Shown here: piece after piece, positions 7,138 through 16,147 of the stretch
Layout: every line of letters starts with the position of its first letter
Numbering within the stretch: the stretch's first letter is position 1
Source of the DNA: an uncultured Bacilli bacterium
GTDB lineage: Bacteria; Bacillota_I; Bacilli_A; RF39; UBA660
NCBI GenBank assembly: GCA_934097085.1
Contig: CAKONK010000003.1
Coordinates: 31,398 to 95,397 of the forward strand
Direction: 5' to 3'
DNA: 64,000 nt
Made by a program: the position numbers and the translations under genes
The notes under the pieces: model-generated
Databases searched by the model: none
The model's input: only the letters and a program-made list of their open reading frames with translations
What the model was told of the DNA's origin: nothing

Positions 7138-9764
7138 GAAAATTAAAAATTCAAAGAAAATTAAAGAATTTTAATAGTAATGTAAAAACAAAAATTAATA
7201 ATGAAATAAAAAGAAAAGGAAAAAAAGGATTTATTTGGGAAATAATATTTAGTTTTTTAATATTTTGTGCAAGTGCTGTTTTAATATTTGTACTTTATAT
7301 TATAATTAGTGCTCCAAACTTTGAAAAAGATAAACTATATAAAAAGGAAGCCACTGTTATTTATGATAAAAATGGAATTGAATTTGCAAGAGTTGGACAA
7401 GAAGACCGTGAACTTATTGAATATAAAGATCTTCCTCAGGTATATATAGATGCTTTAATAGCTACTGAAGACTCAAGATTTTTCCAACATAATGGTCTTG
7501 ATATTGCCAGATTTTTAAAAGCATCAGTAGGACAGCTCGTTTCCTCAAAAGCGGGTGGTGCTTCAACTATTACAATGCAACTTGTTAAAAAGACTTATAC
7601 AAATGGAGCATCCGAAGGTATAGCGGGTATTGTTCGTAAATTTACCGATATATATATGGCTGTATTTAAAATAGAAAGTTCATATACTAAAGAAGAAATA
7701 CTAGAATTTTATTCAAACTCATTATGGTATGCTAACGGAAGAAGTATTAATACTACAGGTATCTATGGAATAGAGCAAGCAAGTCAACATTTTTTTGGTA
7801 AAAGTGTTAGAGATTTAAACCTTGCTGAGGCATCATTAATTGTTGGAATGTATCAAAATCCAAGATTATATAATCCATACAATAACCCTGTTGGTTGTCG
7901 AAATAGACAAAAAATAGTTTTAAAATTAATGGTTAATCATGGATATATTACTGAAGAAGAAATGAATGCTGTACTTGAAATACCAATTGAAAGTATGGTT
8001 GCAGATGATAGTGATGCTGTATCTACTAACGATTATCAAGCAATAATTGACCATGTAATTGATGAAGTGTATGAAAAAACTAAAAAAGATGCTAGACAAG
8101 TACCTATGAAAATTTATACTACATTTGATTTAAAAGTACAAGATGTTCTTGTTAAACTTGAAAAAGGTGAATTATTTAAATACTATAATGATTATGACCA
8201 AGAAGGAACTGCAATTACATCAATCGAGGATGGTTCGATAATTGCTCTTTCTGGAGGTAGAAAATATGGTGCAAGAGGATTAAATCGTGCAACTGATATT
8301 AATCGTCAACCGGGTTCTACTGCAAAACCATTATTTGATTATGCACCTTATATTGAATATCTAAATGGTTCTCCAGGAGATTATTTCTTCGATGAACCTT
8401 ATGCATATTCAACAGGTCAATCAATTAATGATGCCGATAGAAAATATCAAGGTATGATTACATTAAGAAAAGGGCTTATTGGTTCAAGAAACGTAACTGC
8501 CTTACAAGCATTTCAAAAAGTAGCTGCTAAAGATCAAAGTTTAATTGAAAATTTTGTTCATAGCGTAGGAATTAATTATGGTTCTGCATTATATGAATCT
8601 GCCTCAATTGGTGGTTTCAATGGTACTAACCCACTTGAAATGAGTGCTGCTTATGCTGTATTTGGCAGAGGTGGTTATTACATTAAACCTTATTCATTTA
8701 CAAAAGTTATTTTCGAAGATGGAACAACATATGAAAATAAATATACAAAAGAAAAAGTTATTAGTGAAGAAACATCATATATGATTACTAATGTTTTAGT
8801 AGACACAGTTAGAGATAGTTGGTCTGGTTCAATAAAAATAAGTGGTACTGAAGTTGCTGGTAAAACAGGTACAACAAACCTTGATACAGCAACACAAAAA
8901 GCACAAAATTTACCTGCAGATTTAATTCCAGACTCTTGGAACATTACATATAATCCAGAATATTCAATTGCTTTATGGTATGGATATGATAGACATAGAA
9001 CTGATTATTATATGAATACTAATACTGGATGGACTGCAAGAAGTAGAATAATGGAAGCTCTTGCAAGAAATATTTATAGCACGAATAAAACATTTAAAAG
9101 GCCTTCGGGTGTAATAAGTGTTGAAGTTGAAAAAGAAACAGTACCTTTAATGTTAGCAAGTGAATATACTCCTGAAGATATGAGAATGACTGAACTATTT
9201 AAGGAGGGAACAGAACCTACTGAAACATCAACAAGATACCAAAAACTTGAATCTCCTACAGGAGGAAAAGCAAGTTATAATGGTAATGAGGTAACACTTT
9301 CTTGGACAGGTATTAAAACACCAGATGCAATAAATAGTACATATTTACAAAATTATTTTAACGATAATTATGCTGCATTTGCTACAAAATACTATGAAAA
9401 AAGAATTGAATATAATAATAATTATATTGGTAAACAAGGTTATGAGGTTTATATGCAAAATGAAGATGGTTCTTTAAAAGAATTAACCTTCACTGAAGGA
9501 ACAAGTTATAAACAAACTATCGAAGGTGGAAAATCATATAAATTTATTATTAAATCAAGTTATTCAATCTTTAAGGCAAATCAATCAGATGGCTTAATTA
9601 TTAATGTTAATACAAAAACTGATACAACTATTGATGATATAATTAACCCAGATAAAGATAAAGATAAAGATAAAGATAAAGATAAGGATAAAGATAAAGA
9701 TAAAGATAAAGATAAGGATAAAGATAAAAATAAAGATAAAAATAAAGATACTGGATTAAACTAA
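7134..9764 (+). CDS. ponA: class A penicillin-binding protein (PBP1A-like) with C-terminal (DK)n tail
   Basis: Glycosyltransferase motif EDSRFFQHNGLD. Transpeptidase motifs STAKP, SRN and KTGT. Confidence 0.9.
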   Translation: MRKLKIQRKLKNFNSNVKTKINNEIKRKGKKGFIWEIIFSFLIFCASAVLIFVLYIIISAPNFEKDKLYKKEATVIYDKNGIEFARVGQEDRELIEYKDLPQVYIDALIATEDSRFFQHNGLDIARFLKASVGQLVSSKAGGASTITMQLVKKTYTNGASEGIAGIVRKFTDIYMAVFKIESSYTKEEILEFYSNSLWYANGRSINTTGIYGIEQASQHFFGKSVRDLNLAEASLIVGMYQNPRLYNPYNNPVGCRNRQKIVLKLMVNHGYITEEEMNAVLEIPIESMVADDSDAVSTNDYQAIIDHVIDEVYEKTKKDARQVPMKIYTTFDLKVQDVLVKLEKGELFKYYNDYDQEGTAITSIEDGSIIALSGGRKYGARGLNRATDINRQPGSTAKPLFDYAPYIEYLNGSPGDYFFDEPYAYSTGQSINDADRKYQGMITLRKGLIGSRNVTALQAFQKVAAKDQSLIENFVHSVGINYGSALYESASIGGFNGTNPLEMSAAYAVFGRGGYYIKPYSFTKVIFEDGTTYENKYTKEKVISEETSYMITNVLVDTVRDSWSGSIKISGTEVAGKTGTTNLDTATQKAQNLPADLIPDSWNITYNPEYSIALWYGYDRHRTDYYMNTNTGWTARSRIMEALARNIYSTNKTFKRPSGVISVEVEKETVPLMLASEYTPEDMRMTELFKEGTEPTETSTRYQKLESPTGGKASYNGNEVTLSWTGIKTPDAINSTYLQNYFNDNYAAFATKYYEKRIEYNNNYIGKQGYEVYMQNEDGSLKELTFTEGTSYKQTIEGGKSYKFIIKSSYSIFKANQSDGLIINVNTKTDTTIDDIINPDKDKDKDKDKDKDKDKDKDKDKDKDKNKDKNKDTGLN
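9651..9749 (+). repeat. in-frame hexanucleotide tract (GATAAR)n encoding (DK)13 NKDKNKD
   Basis: About 16 consecutive gataaa/gataag/aataaa units at the 3' end of ponA. Confidence 0.9.
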
Positions 9765-9773
9765 AAACAAGGA

Positions 9774-10391
9774 TTAAATTTTCCTTGTTTTTTTATATTT
9801 GCAATCCATTTTACAACTGTCACATAATGGATTTTTTGCTTTACAATAATATCTACCAAATAAAAGTAATTGATGATTAATTTTATTATATTCGCTTTTA
9901 TCAAATATTTTAGATAACTTTTTCTCTATTTTTAAAACATCATCATTTTTACTGGCTAGTCCAAGTCTTTTTGAAACTCTTTCTACATGAGTATCTACCG
10001 CCATTGTAGGAATATCAAATAGTTCTGATAAAACAACATTCGTAGTCTTTCTACCTACACCTGGCATTTGTTCTAACTCTTTTCTATTACTTGGAACTAT
10101 TCCATTATATTTTGTTAATAAAATGTTACTAATTTCTTTAATGTATAATGCTTTCTTATGATAAGAACCTAAAGGTTTAATAATATCTTCGATTATTTTT
10201 ACATCTAAAGAAGCTATTTCATTTAAATTATATTTATATAACTCTTTAGTTACTTCATTAACTCTTTTATCAGTTGTTTGAGCAGAAAGCATCACAGATA
10301 TTAAAAGTTCATAATCTTTATTATAATCTAGTTCACACTTAGGATTAGGTATATAATAATCTAAATTTTCTCTTAAATTAGTTATCATCAT
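9774..10391 (-). CDS. nth: endonuclease III
   Basis: HhH-GPD motif (MPGVGRKTTNVVL). 4Fe-4S cluster motif CKAKNPLCDSCKMDC. Confidence 0.9.
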   Translation of the reverse strand: MMITNLRENLDYYIPNPKCELDYNKDYELLISVMLSAQTTDKRVNEVTKELYKYNLNEIASLDVKIIEDIIKPLGSYHKKALYIKEISNILLTKYNGIVPSNRKELEQMPGVGRKTTNVVLSELFDIPTMAVDTHVERVSKRLGLASKNDDVLKIEKKLSKIFDKSEYNKINHQLLLFGRYYCKAKNPLCDSCKMDCKYKKTRKI

Positions 10392-11016
10392 CTAACCAAT
10401 TATATTCAAAAACACTTGTTTCAAAGTTTTTTGCTTCCTTATTTATTTTATTTTCATTTTTAAATACTTTTTCTAATTCTTCCTTACCCTTATATCCCTT
10501 TTTATTCCATTCAAATAATATTTTATCTATATATCTAAGTGATGGGGCATCATTTTTAATTGCTTCATCTAAAGCTTCGAGAATAAGAGATTCACTAAAA
10601 CCTTTTGAAAGCCAAGCATTAATTATTTCATAGTCCATCCCTGATAAACCTTTACCAAACTTTTCTTGAAATTTAAAGAAAATACTATTTTCATTCTTTT
10701 CCTCTTTTTCTAAATCAATAGTTTCTTTTAAATTATTATAAAAATTTTCTAATGATACTTTATCAATAACTTTTCCACCTTCATTTTTAATTTGATTTAA
10801 TTTAATTAATTTTTTTGTAAGTAAACTATTAAAGGCTATTAAAGTATCATTTTCAGATAAACAAGTTGCTTTAGATATTTTTTTTACATCAAAAGTTAAA
10901 TCATAATCATTATCAAAGTACATTAATACAATAAACTCTTTTAAAGTTAAATTATATTTTAATGCTTCCTTTAGAAAAAGGGTTTCAATTATAAATTTTT
11001 TGTTGTCTTTATTCAT
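10378..11016 (-). CDS. dnaD: DnaD-domain replication initiation/membrane attachment protein
   Basis: C-terminal DnaD repeat (GLSGMDYEIINAWLSKGFSESLILEALDEAIKNDAPSLRYIDKILFEWNKKG). nth-dnaD synteny. Confidence 0.8.
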   Translation of the reverse strand: MNKDNKKFIIETLFLKEALKYNLTLKEFIVLMYFDNDYDLTFDVKKISKATCLSENDTLIAFNSLLTKKLIKLNQIKNEGGKVIDKVSLENFYNNLKETIDLEKEEKNENSIFFKFQEKFGKGLSGMDYEIINAWLSKGFSESLILEALDEAIKNDAPSLRYIDKILFEWNKKGYKGKEELEKVFKNENKINKEAKNFETSVFEYNWLDDDN

Positions 11017-12097
11017 TTTTGTACCTACCTAATATATATTTTTTAATTTCATTTTTCTTATTTTTTAAATTCTTTTTTAAAATTTCAATTTTAACATCAT
11101 TTATTATTTCACTAACCTTTTTTGAGGGTTCAAGATTTAAAAGCATCATTACTTCTTTACCAGTTATATCAATATCTTTCATACTTTTTATAGGAAGACT
11201 TTTATAAATTTTGTTGATAGTTTGTTTATTTATATGTAAAACATCTCCGGCTACATAAGAAAGATATAATCCATAATTAAATAATGTAAAGTTATTAATT
11301 CTATTTTGATTTATTATTTCCTTTATCTTAGCAATATTATCTTTTTCCTCTTTAGTATATTCAATTTGTTTTATCTCTATTTGCGAAAGCATACCTAAAA
11401 TATCCACAGTAAAAGTTATATCTTCATTATATTTAAGTCCTATGACTTCACTTATTTTTGTATTATCTAAAAGATTTAAACCTTTTTTAAAATTTTTATT
11501 TGATAATATTTTAATTAATTCATCTTTAATTCTTTTAGGGCTTAAAGTACTAACTTTTTCATGATTATTTAGAATTGCATTATAAGTATTTTCTTCGATA
11601 TCAAAATCTAATATACTTGCAAATCTTATTGCCCTAAGCATTCTAAGGGGATCTTCAGTAAATTTATCATTAGCATTACCAAGTGATCTTATAATACCTT
11701 TCTTTAGGTCTTCCTTGCCATTTAATAAATCTAATATTTTATCATTTTTATCTAAACATATTGAATTTATAGTAAAATCTCTTCGATTAATGTCCTCGAG
11801 TAAATTACTAACATATTCTATTTCAATAGGCTTTCTATTATCATATTTTTTTTCTTTTCTATATGTTGTTATATCAATGTTGTATTTTTTAATTTTCATA
11901 TTAAGTCCACCATAATTATTAAGATTTTGTTTCACATTAAATAAATGAATTAAATCTTTAGGTTTAGCATTTGTACATATATCAACATCATAAGAGTTTT
12001 TTTTAAGTAAATAATCACGAACAAAACCACCTACTATATAGGCTTCATATCCTTCACTTTCAATTTTTTTTAGAATATTTTTTATAATTTTATCCAT
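11009..12097 (-). CDS. cca: CCA-adding tRNA nucleotidyltransferase
   Basis: GGFVRDYLL...DVDI and RRDFTINS motifs. Confidence 0.85.
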   Translation of the reverse strand: MDKIIKNILKKIESEGYEAYIVGGFVRDYLLKKNSYDVDICTNAKPKDLIHLFNVKQNLNNYGGLNMKIKKYNIDITTYRKEKKYDNRKPIEIEYVSNLLEDINRRDFTINSICLDKNDKILDLLNGKEDLKKGIIRSLGNANDKFTEDPLRMLRAIRFASILDFDIEENTYNAILNNHEKVSTLSPKRIKDELIKILSNKNFKKGLNLLDNTKISEVIGLKYNEDITFTVDILGMLSQIEIKQIEYTKEEKDNIAKIKEIINQNRINNFTLFNYGLYLSYVAGDVLHINKQTINKIYKSLPIKSMKDIDITGKEVMMLLNLEPSKKVSEIINDVKIEILKKNLKNKKNEIKKYILGRYKNE

Positions 12098-12133
12098 AAT
12101 CTCTCCGTAAATATTTTAACATAATTTTATATT

Positions 12134-12155
12134 AAAAAAAAGGACATATAGTCCT
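12134..12155 (-). terminator. weak terminator after the 233-aa membrane protein gene region
   Basis: - strand AGGAC-TATAT-GTCCT followed by T8. Confidence 0.45.
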
Positions 12156-12173
12156 AGATTGTTTTAAAATAAA

Positions 12174-12875
12174 TTATTTCTTAATATCTTCATTATTTAT
12201 ACTATCTTTAATAGATTCTGCTATTTTACCAACACTTTTAGCTATTGTTGGAGTTGCTTTATCTATCATTTCGTCTGCAATAGGCATAACCTGTTGTGCA
12301 TGAAATGCTGTTATTTTTCTTTTATTTGCTATATAGAATAAATTAATAGATATTCCTAAAGTAATCAATAAAATCATAACTGCAGGCATAAATTCAAATG
12401 TATTAAATATTAAATTTGAAGTTTTATCATTATCTTTTTGCTCTTCAACATTTTTTAATTCTTCTTTTAAAGTACAGTATTTAGAGGTTATTGCATTTGT
12501 TTTATATTCATCAAAATCACAATGAGGAAAACTTGGATCAAGTGCATTAATAATTATATATAAATCATATGCTTCACCACTTTGGTAATCTGGACTATCT
12601 TTAAGTCCTTTTGCTTTCAATTCTTCTTTTTTAGTTTCAAGAATAGTTTTTTCTTCATCGATTTGAGAATTTAAACTATTTATTCTTTCTTGTTTTGTTT
12701 GCTCTGTAAATTCAGTATTATTTGTATTAGATTTTGATTTCATAAATGCTTTAGCAAATAAATACCCACTACCTAAAATACCCGCGACTAAAATAATTGT
12801 AGCAATAATTGTAATATTTCTTTTTACCTTTTTATACTTCTCTTCGCTTAAATATTCACTATTTCTCATAATCAA
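12174..12875 (-). CDS. hypothetical membrane protein with coiled-coil ectodomain
   Basis: Two hydrophobic segments (IIATIILVAGILGSGYLF and MPAVMILLITLGISINLFYI). No motif recognised. Confidence 0.6.
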   Translation of the reverse strand: MIMRNSEYLSEEKYKKVKRNITIIATIILVAGILGSGYLFAKAFMKSKSNTNNTEFTEQTKQERINSLNSQIDEEKTILETKKEELKAKGLKDSPDYQSGEAYDLYIIINALDPSFPHCDFDEYKTNAITSKYCTLKEELKNVEEQKDNDKTSNLIFNTFEFMPAVMILLITLGISINLFYIANKRKITAFHAQQVMPIADEMIDKATPTIAKSVGKIAESIKDSINNEDIKK

Positions 12876-12990
12876 ACTCCTTTCAATATCATTATAACAT
12901 TTAAAATATAAATTTCAAACATAAAATTACCACTTTAAGTAAAAGTTATGTTAAATTTTTTGTTCCATAATATAACTAAAGGTGGTATTT

Positions 12991-13284
12991 ATGATAAATG
13001 ATGAAAAACTAGATTTTAAAAGTATGCAAGTTTTAAGAGAAAGTAAAAAGATAACACAAGTTAAATTAAGTTTAATGGTAGGAGTTTCTCAACAAAGTAT
13101 AACATACTATGAAAGCAATACTCGTATTCCCTCATTGCCTGTAGCATTTAGAATCGCAAAAGCACTTGGAACAAGTGTTGAAGGATTGGTTAATAGCAAT
13201 GACATAATTGCTAAATATTATTCGTTATGTGAAGCTGATAAAGAAACTGTTAATAAAATAATTGAAACATTATATAATAAATAA
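12991..13284 (+). CDS. XRE-family HTH transcriptional regulator
   Basis: ITQVKLSLMVGVSQQSITYYESNTRIPSLPVAFRIAKALG. ATG at 12991 follows AAAGGTGG. Confidence 0.75.
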   Translation: MINDEKLDFKSMQVLRESKKITQVKLSLMVGVSQQSITYYESNTRIPSLPVAFRIAKALGTSVEGLVNSNDIIAKYYSLCEADKETVNKIIETLYNK

Positions 13285-13368
13285 ATTTTAAAGCAACTTT
13301 AATCATATTTATTTTGACTTAATTAGAAAGGAAAATTAATTGCAAGTTTAAAATTACTTATACAAAAT

Positions 13369-13402
13369 AAAACTACTTTCAGTTTAATTTGAAAGTAGTT
13401 TT
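13369..13402 (+). terminator. 12-bp stem terminator after the XRE gene
   Basis: aaaactactttc - 10-nt loop - gaaagtagtttt, followed by a T-rich tail. Confidence 0.6.
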
Positions 13403-13440
13403 ATTTATGATATATAATAATTGAAACAACATAGTAATAG

Positions 13441-13548
13441 AAAAAATAACCCTTACGGATTACTTTTCTGCCTAAGGGATCCCGTACTTAACATACGGTT
13501 AGAACATTCGCACATATAATGCTTGGTTCGATACATCTTAAAGGTCTT
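13441..13548 (-). ncRNA. candidate small RNA or micro-ORF transcript, unclassified
   Basis: - strand promoter TTGTAA (13579-13584), 18 nt, TAATAT (13555-13560). Terminator CCCTTA..TAAGGG followed by TTATTTTTT (13441-13478). It contains a 27-codon ORF at 13453-13536 (MYRTKHYMCECSNRMLSTGSLRQKSNP) with only a weak SD. Confidence 0.35.
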
Positions 13549-13614
13549 CTAAAGATATTAGATCATTTCTTTTAGAATTTACAATTAATTCTTCAAAATT
13601 TTTTCTTTTTCCAA

Positions 13615-14553
13615 TTATTTAATACTTTTTGTTAATGAAAGTTTTTGTACATTGTTTTTATTATTTTCTAACTGAGTACTTGGATTATAAATAAGTTTAT
13701 CATCCTCAAACCAAGAACCACACACAATTCCACTTCTATGAATTATTGCCACATTAAGATATGTTGGTCTACGATTTGGAATATGAGTTGCAAGTTTATC
13801 ACCTACACAAATACGTACTGGAACACCTTGATAAGTAGCATTTAAGTATACATTTCGTCTTCTTATATCAGTTTCGTTTGATATATTTAGTTTTTTTAGT
13901 GTGTAATTAAATACATCATCTGTTTCTTTAGAACCAGGTAAAAGTCGATTTAAATATAGTGGAATTCCCAACTTAGAATATTCATCAATTTCGAATGTTT
14001 CATCAATTGTAACTCTTAAGCACAGTTTTTCTCCAAAAAGAATTTTAGCCTGTTCAATAGTCAAAATTGGTTTTGAAGCTTTAAATATTTTTTTGTTTAT
14101 TTCTTCGTTAACAGAATTGCGATGTAAATTTATATGATTAATTTTGTTTATTCCGCTCAAATATTCTTCATTAAGGGCAACACCATTAGTATTCCAGTTT
14201 ATATATGAATTGGGAAAATAAGCTTTTATTAAATCTATTAAATTATTAAAATCTTCAGAATTAAGTGTCCCACCAGTAATAGCAACATTCTTTATATGAG
14301 GAAACTCTCTTAATACTTTTTCGCATATTTTCAGAAAATTTGCATTATCTATTGAATTTTTTCTAAGATATGTATCAATGCAATATTCACAATTGGCATA
14401 ACAAGGTTCCGGTAAATTTATTACTATTGAATTAACAAAATCTAAACAAGGAATGCCAAAAACTTCACGAAAATATGCATTAAAAGTTTCTATTCCCAGT
14501 TCCTTTTGAGCCGCTAATAATTCTACATTTGTCTGATAATCTGAATCAATCAT
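13615..14553 (-). CDS. radical SAM enzyme, subfamily unassigned
   Basis: CYANCEYC (CX3CX2C) at residues about 51-58. ITGGT (GGE-like) motif. NWNTNG motif. No SPASM or twitch Cys cluster seen in the C-terminal third. Confidence 0.8.
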   Translation of the reverse strand: MIDSDYQTNVELLAAQKELGIETFNAYFREVFGIPCLDFVNSIVINLPEPCYANCEYCIDTYLRKNSIDNANFLKICEKVLREFPHIKNVAITGGTLNSEDFNNLIDLIKAYFPNSYINWNTNGVALNEEYLSGINKINHINLHRNSVNEEINKKIFKASKPILTIEQAKILFGEKLCLRVTIDETFEIDEYSKLGIPLYLNRLLPGSKETDDVFNYTLKKLNISNETDIRRRNVYLNATYQGVPVRICVGDKLATHIPNRRPTYLNVAIIHRSGIVCGSWFEDDKLIYNPSTQLENNKNNVQKLSLTKSIK

Positions 14554-14661
14554 AAAAATGCCTCCTTTTTATGAGATATTATACCATAATTTTTTATAAA
14601 ACAAATAAAAAATTTAAGCACAATAAAACTCGAACTAAAAAGTTCAAGTTAAGTATCAATC

Positions 14662-14749
14662 TGGTGCTTGTAATCGGGGTCGAACCGATACTTTCTTTTG
14701 GAAAAATAGATTTTGAGTCTATCGCGTCTACCAATTCCGCCATACAAGC
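14662..14749 (-). tRNA. tRNA-Leu (anticodon CAA)
   Basis: - strand GCTTGTATGGCGGAATTGGTAGACGCGATAGACTCAAAATCTAT-long variable arm-ATCGGTTCGACCCCGATTACAAGCACCA. Encoded CCA. Confidence 0.9.
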
Positions 14750-14779
14750 AACAAACAAATACATTATATCATTTAATTA

Positions 14780-16135
14780 TTATTTTTTCAAATAGTCTAA
14801 AACAATTTCTTTATCATCTAGGTGATGTTTTTCATGTCCTATAATTTGATAATCTTCATGTCCTTTACCAAGAATTAATAAAGTATCATTTTTGTTAAGC
14901 ATTTCTAATCCTTTATTAATAGCTTCTTTTCTATCAAAGATTATTTCATAGTTATCTTTATGAACACCACTTATTATATTATCCATAATTATTTTAGGGT
15001 CTTCAGTACGAGGATTATCATTAGTAAATATTACATAATCACTTTTTTGGGTAGCAACATTTCCCATAATTGGTCTTTTTTTAGGATCTCTATCTCCACC
15101 ACAACCAACTATAGTGATTATTTTGCCTTTTTTATTTTCTAAAAAAGAATTAATTATTTTTTCAACAGCATCTGGTGTATGGGCATAATCAATAACTGCT
15201 TCAGCATCACGTACTTTAATTTGTTCACATCTTCCCTTTGGAGGAAAAACATCTTTAGTTATATCAAATATTTTTTGAATATCTATTCCATAAGTATTAA
15301 TTATGGCTAGTGCCGTCATATAGTTATAAACATTAAATTTACCCCTTAAATTAGTTGTAACACTTAAATTTTTTTCATGATATTTAAAATTAATTATTGT
15401 GCCGTTATCAGTACTTTCATAACTTATTACTTCATAATCAGATTTAGTAAATCCAATTGTTTTATATTTTTTCTTTTCAAAATACTTACCATATTCATCA
15501 TCATTATTAACAATAATTGTACCAGTGTCCTTTAGGTAATCTAAAATTAAAAGTTTTGCTTTTAAATAATTTTCCATTGTTTTATGATAATCTAAATGAT
15601 CCTCGGTAAGATTTGTAAATGCCTCAATAGTAAAAGATAAACCCTCGACTCTTTTAAAAGATAAAGCATGTGATGAAACCTCCATTACAACAGCTTTGCA
15701 ACCCTTTTCAAGAGCAGTAGTTAGCATTGAATAAATCTCGGTTATCTCAGGAGTCGTATTAGGTAGTTCATATACTTCATTCTCTACATAAAAACCAATT
15801 GTGCCAATATAAGCAGTTTTAATTCCAAGTTTATTAAGCATTTGATAAGTTAGAAAACAGGTAGTTGTTTTACCATTTGTACCAGTTACACCAATAATAT
15901 CAAGTTTATTAACAATATCCTTATAATTATCAACAATATATTTTTGTAAATACTCTTTTGTATCAGGAACAATAATTGTTTCAGCGTTATAACTACCATG
16001 TTCACATACTATTTTTGATGCACCATTTTCAATAGCTTTTTCAATATAATCGTGTCCATCAACAGTATTTCCCTTTATAGCAACAAAAGTATCACCTTTT
16101 TTAACTTTTCTTGAATCAGTTTTAATATTTATCAT
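14780..16135 (-). CDS. murE: UDP-MurNAc-L-Ala-D-Glu--2,6-diaminopimelate ligase
   Basis: GVTGTNGKTTT P-loop. DNPR motif (TNDNPRTEDP), typical of meso-DAP-adding MurE. Confidence 0.9.
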   Translation of the reverse strand: MINIKTDSRKVKKGDTFVAIKGNTVDGHDYIEKAIENGASKIVCEHGSYNAETIIVPDTKEYLQKYIVDNYKDIVNKLDIIGVTGTNGKTTTCFLTYQMLNKLGIKTAYIGTIGFYVENEVYELPNTTPEITEIYSMLTTALEKGCKAVVMEVSSHALSFKRVEGLSFTIEAFTNLTEDHLDYHKTMENYLKAKLLILDYLKDTGTIIVNNDDEYGKYFEKKKYKTIGFTKSDYEVISYESTDNGTIINFKYHEKNLSVTTNLRGKFNVYNYMTALAIINTYGIDIQKIFDITKDVFPPKGRCEQIKVRDAEAVIDYAHTPDAVEKIINSFLENKKGKIITIVGCGGDRDPKKRPIMGNVATQKSDYVIFTNDNPRTEDPKIIMDNIISGVHKDNYEIIFDRKEAINKGLEMLNKNDTLLILGKGHEDYQIIGHEKHHLDDKEIVLDYLKK

Positions 16136-16147
16136 AGTTAATCCTTT

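Noticed and set aside
9651-9749. A regular short-period repeat that could be mistaken for a CRISPR-like or intergenic satellite array
   Set aside because: The period is 6 nt with no spacers. It lies in frame inside ponA and simply encodes (DK)n.
13441-13548. Identity as SRP RNA, 6S RNA, tmRNA or a T-box/riboswitch
   Set aside because: None of the conserved motifs I know are present: the SRP GGAA/AGCA domain IV, the tmRNA tag ORF and tRNA-like end, or the T-box AGGGUGGNACCGCG. There is also no downstream regulated gene on that strand.
14571-14795. 74-aa + strand ORF from the track
   Set aside because: It runs antisense across the tRNA-Leu gene (14662-14749) and the murE 3' end, and its composition is low-complexity. 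It is spurious.
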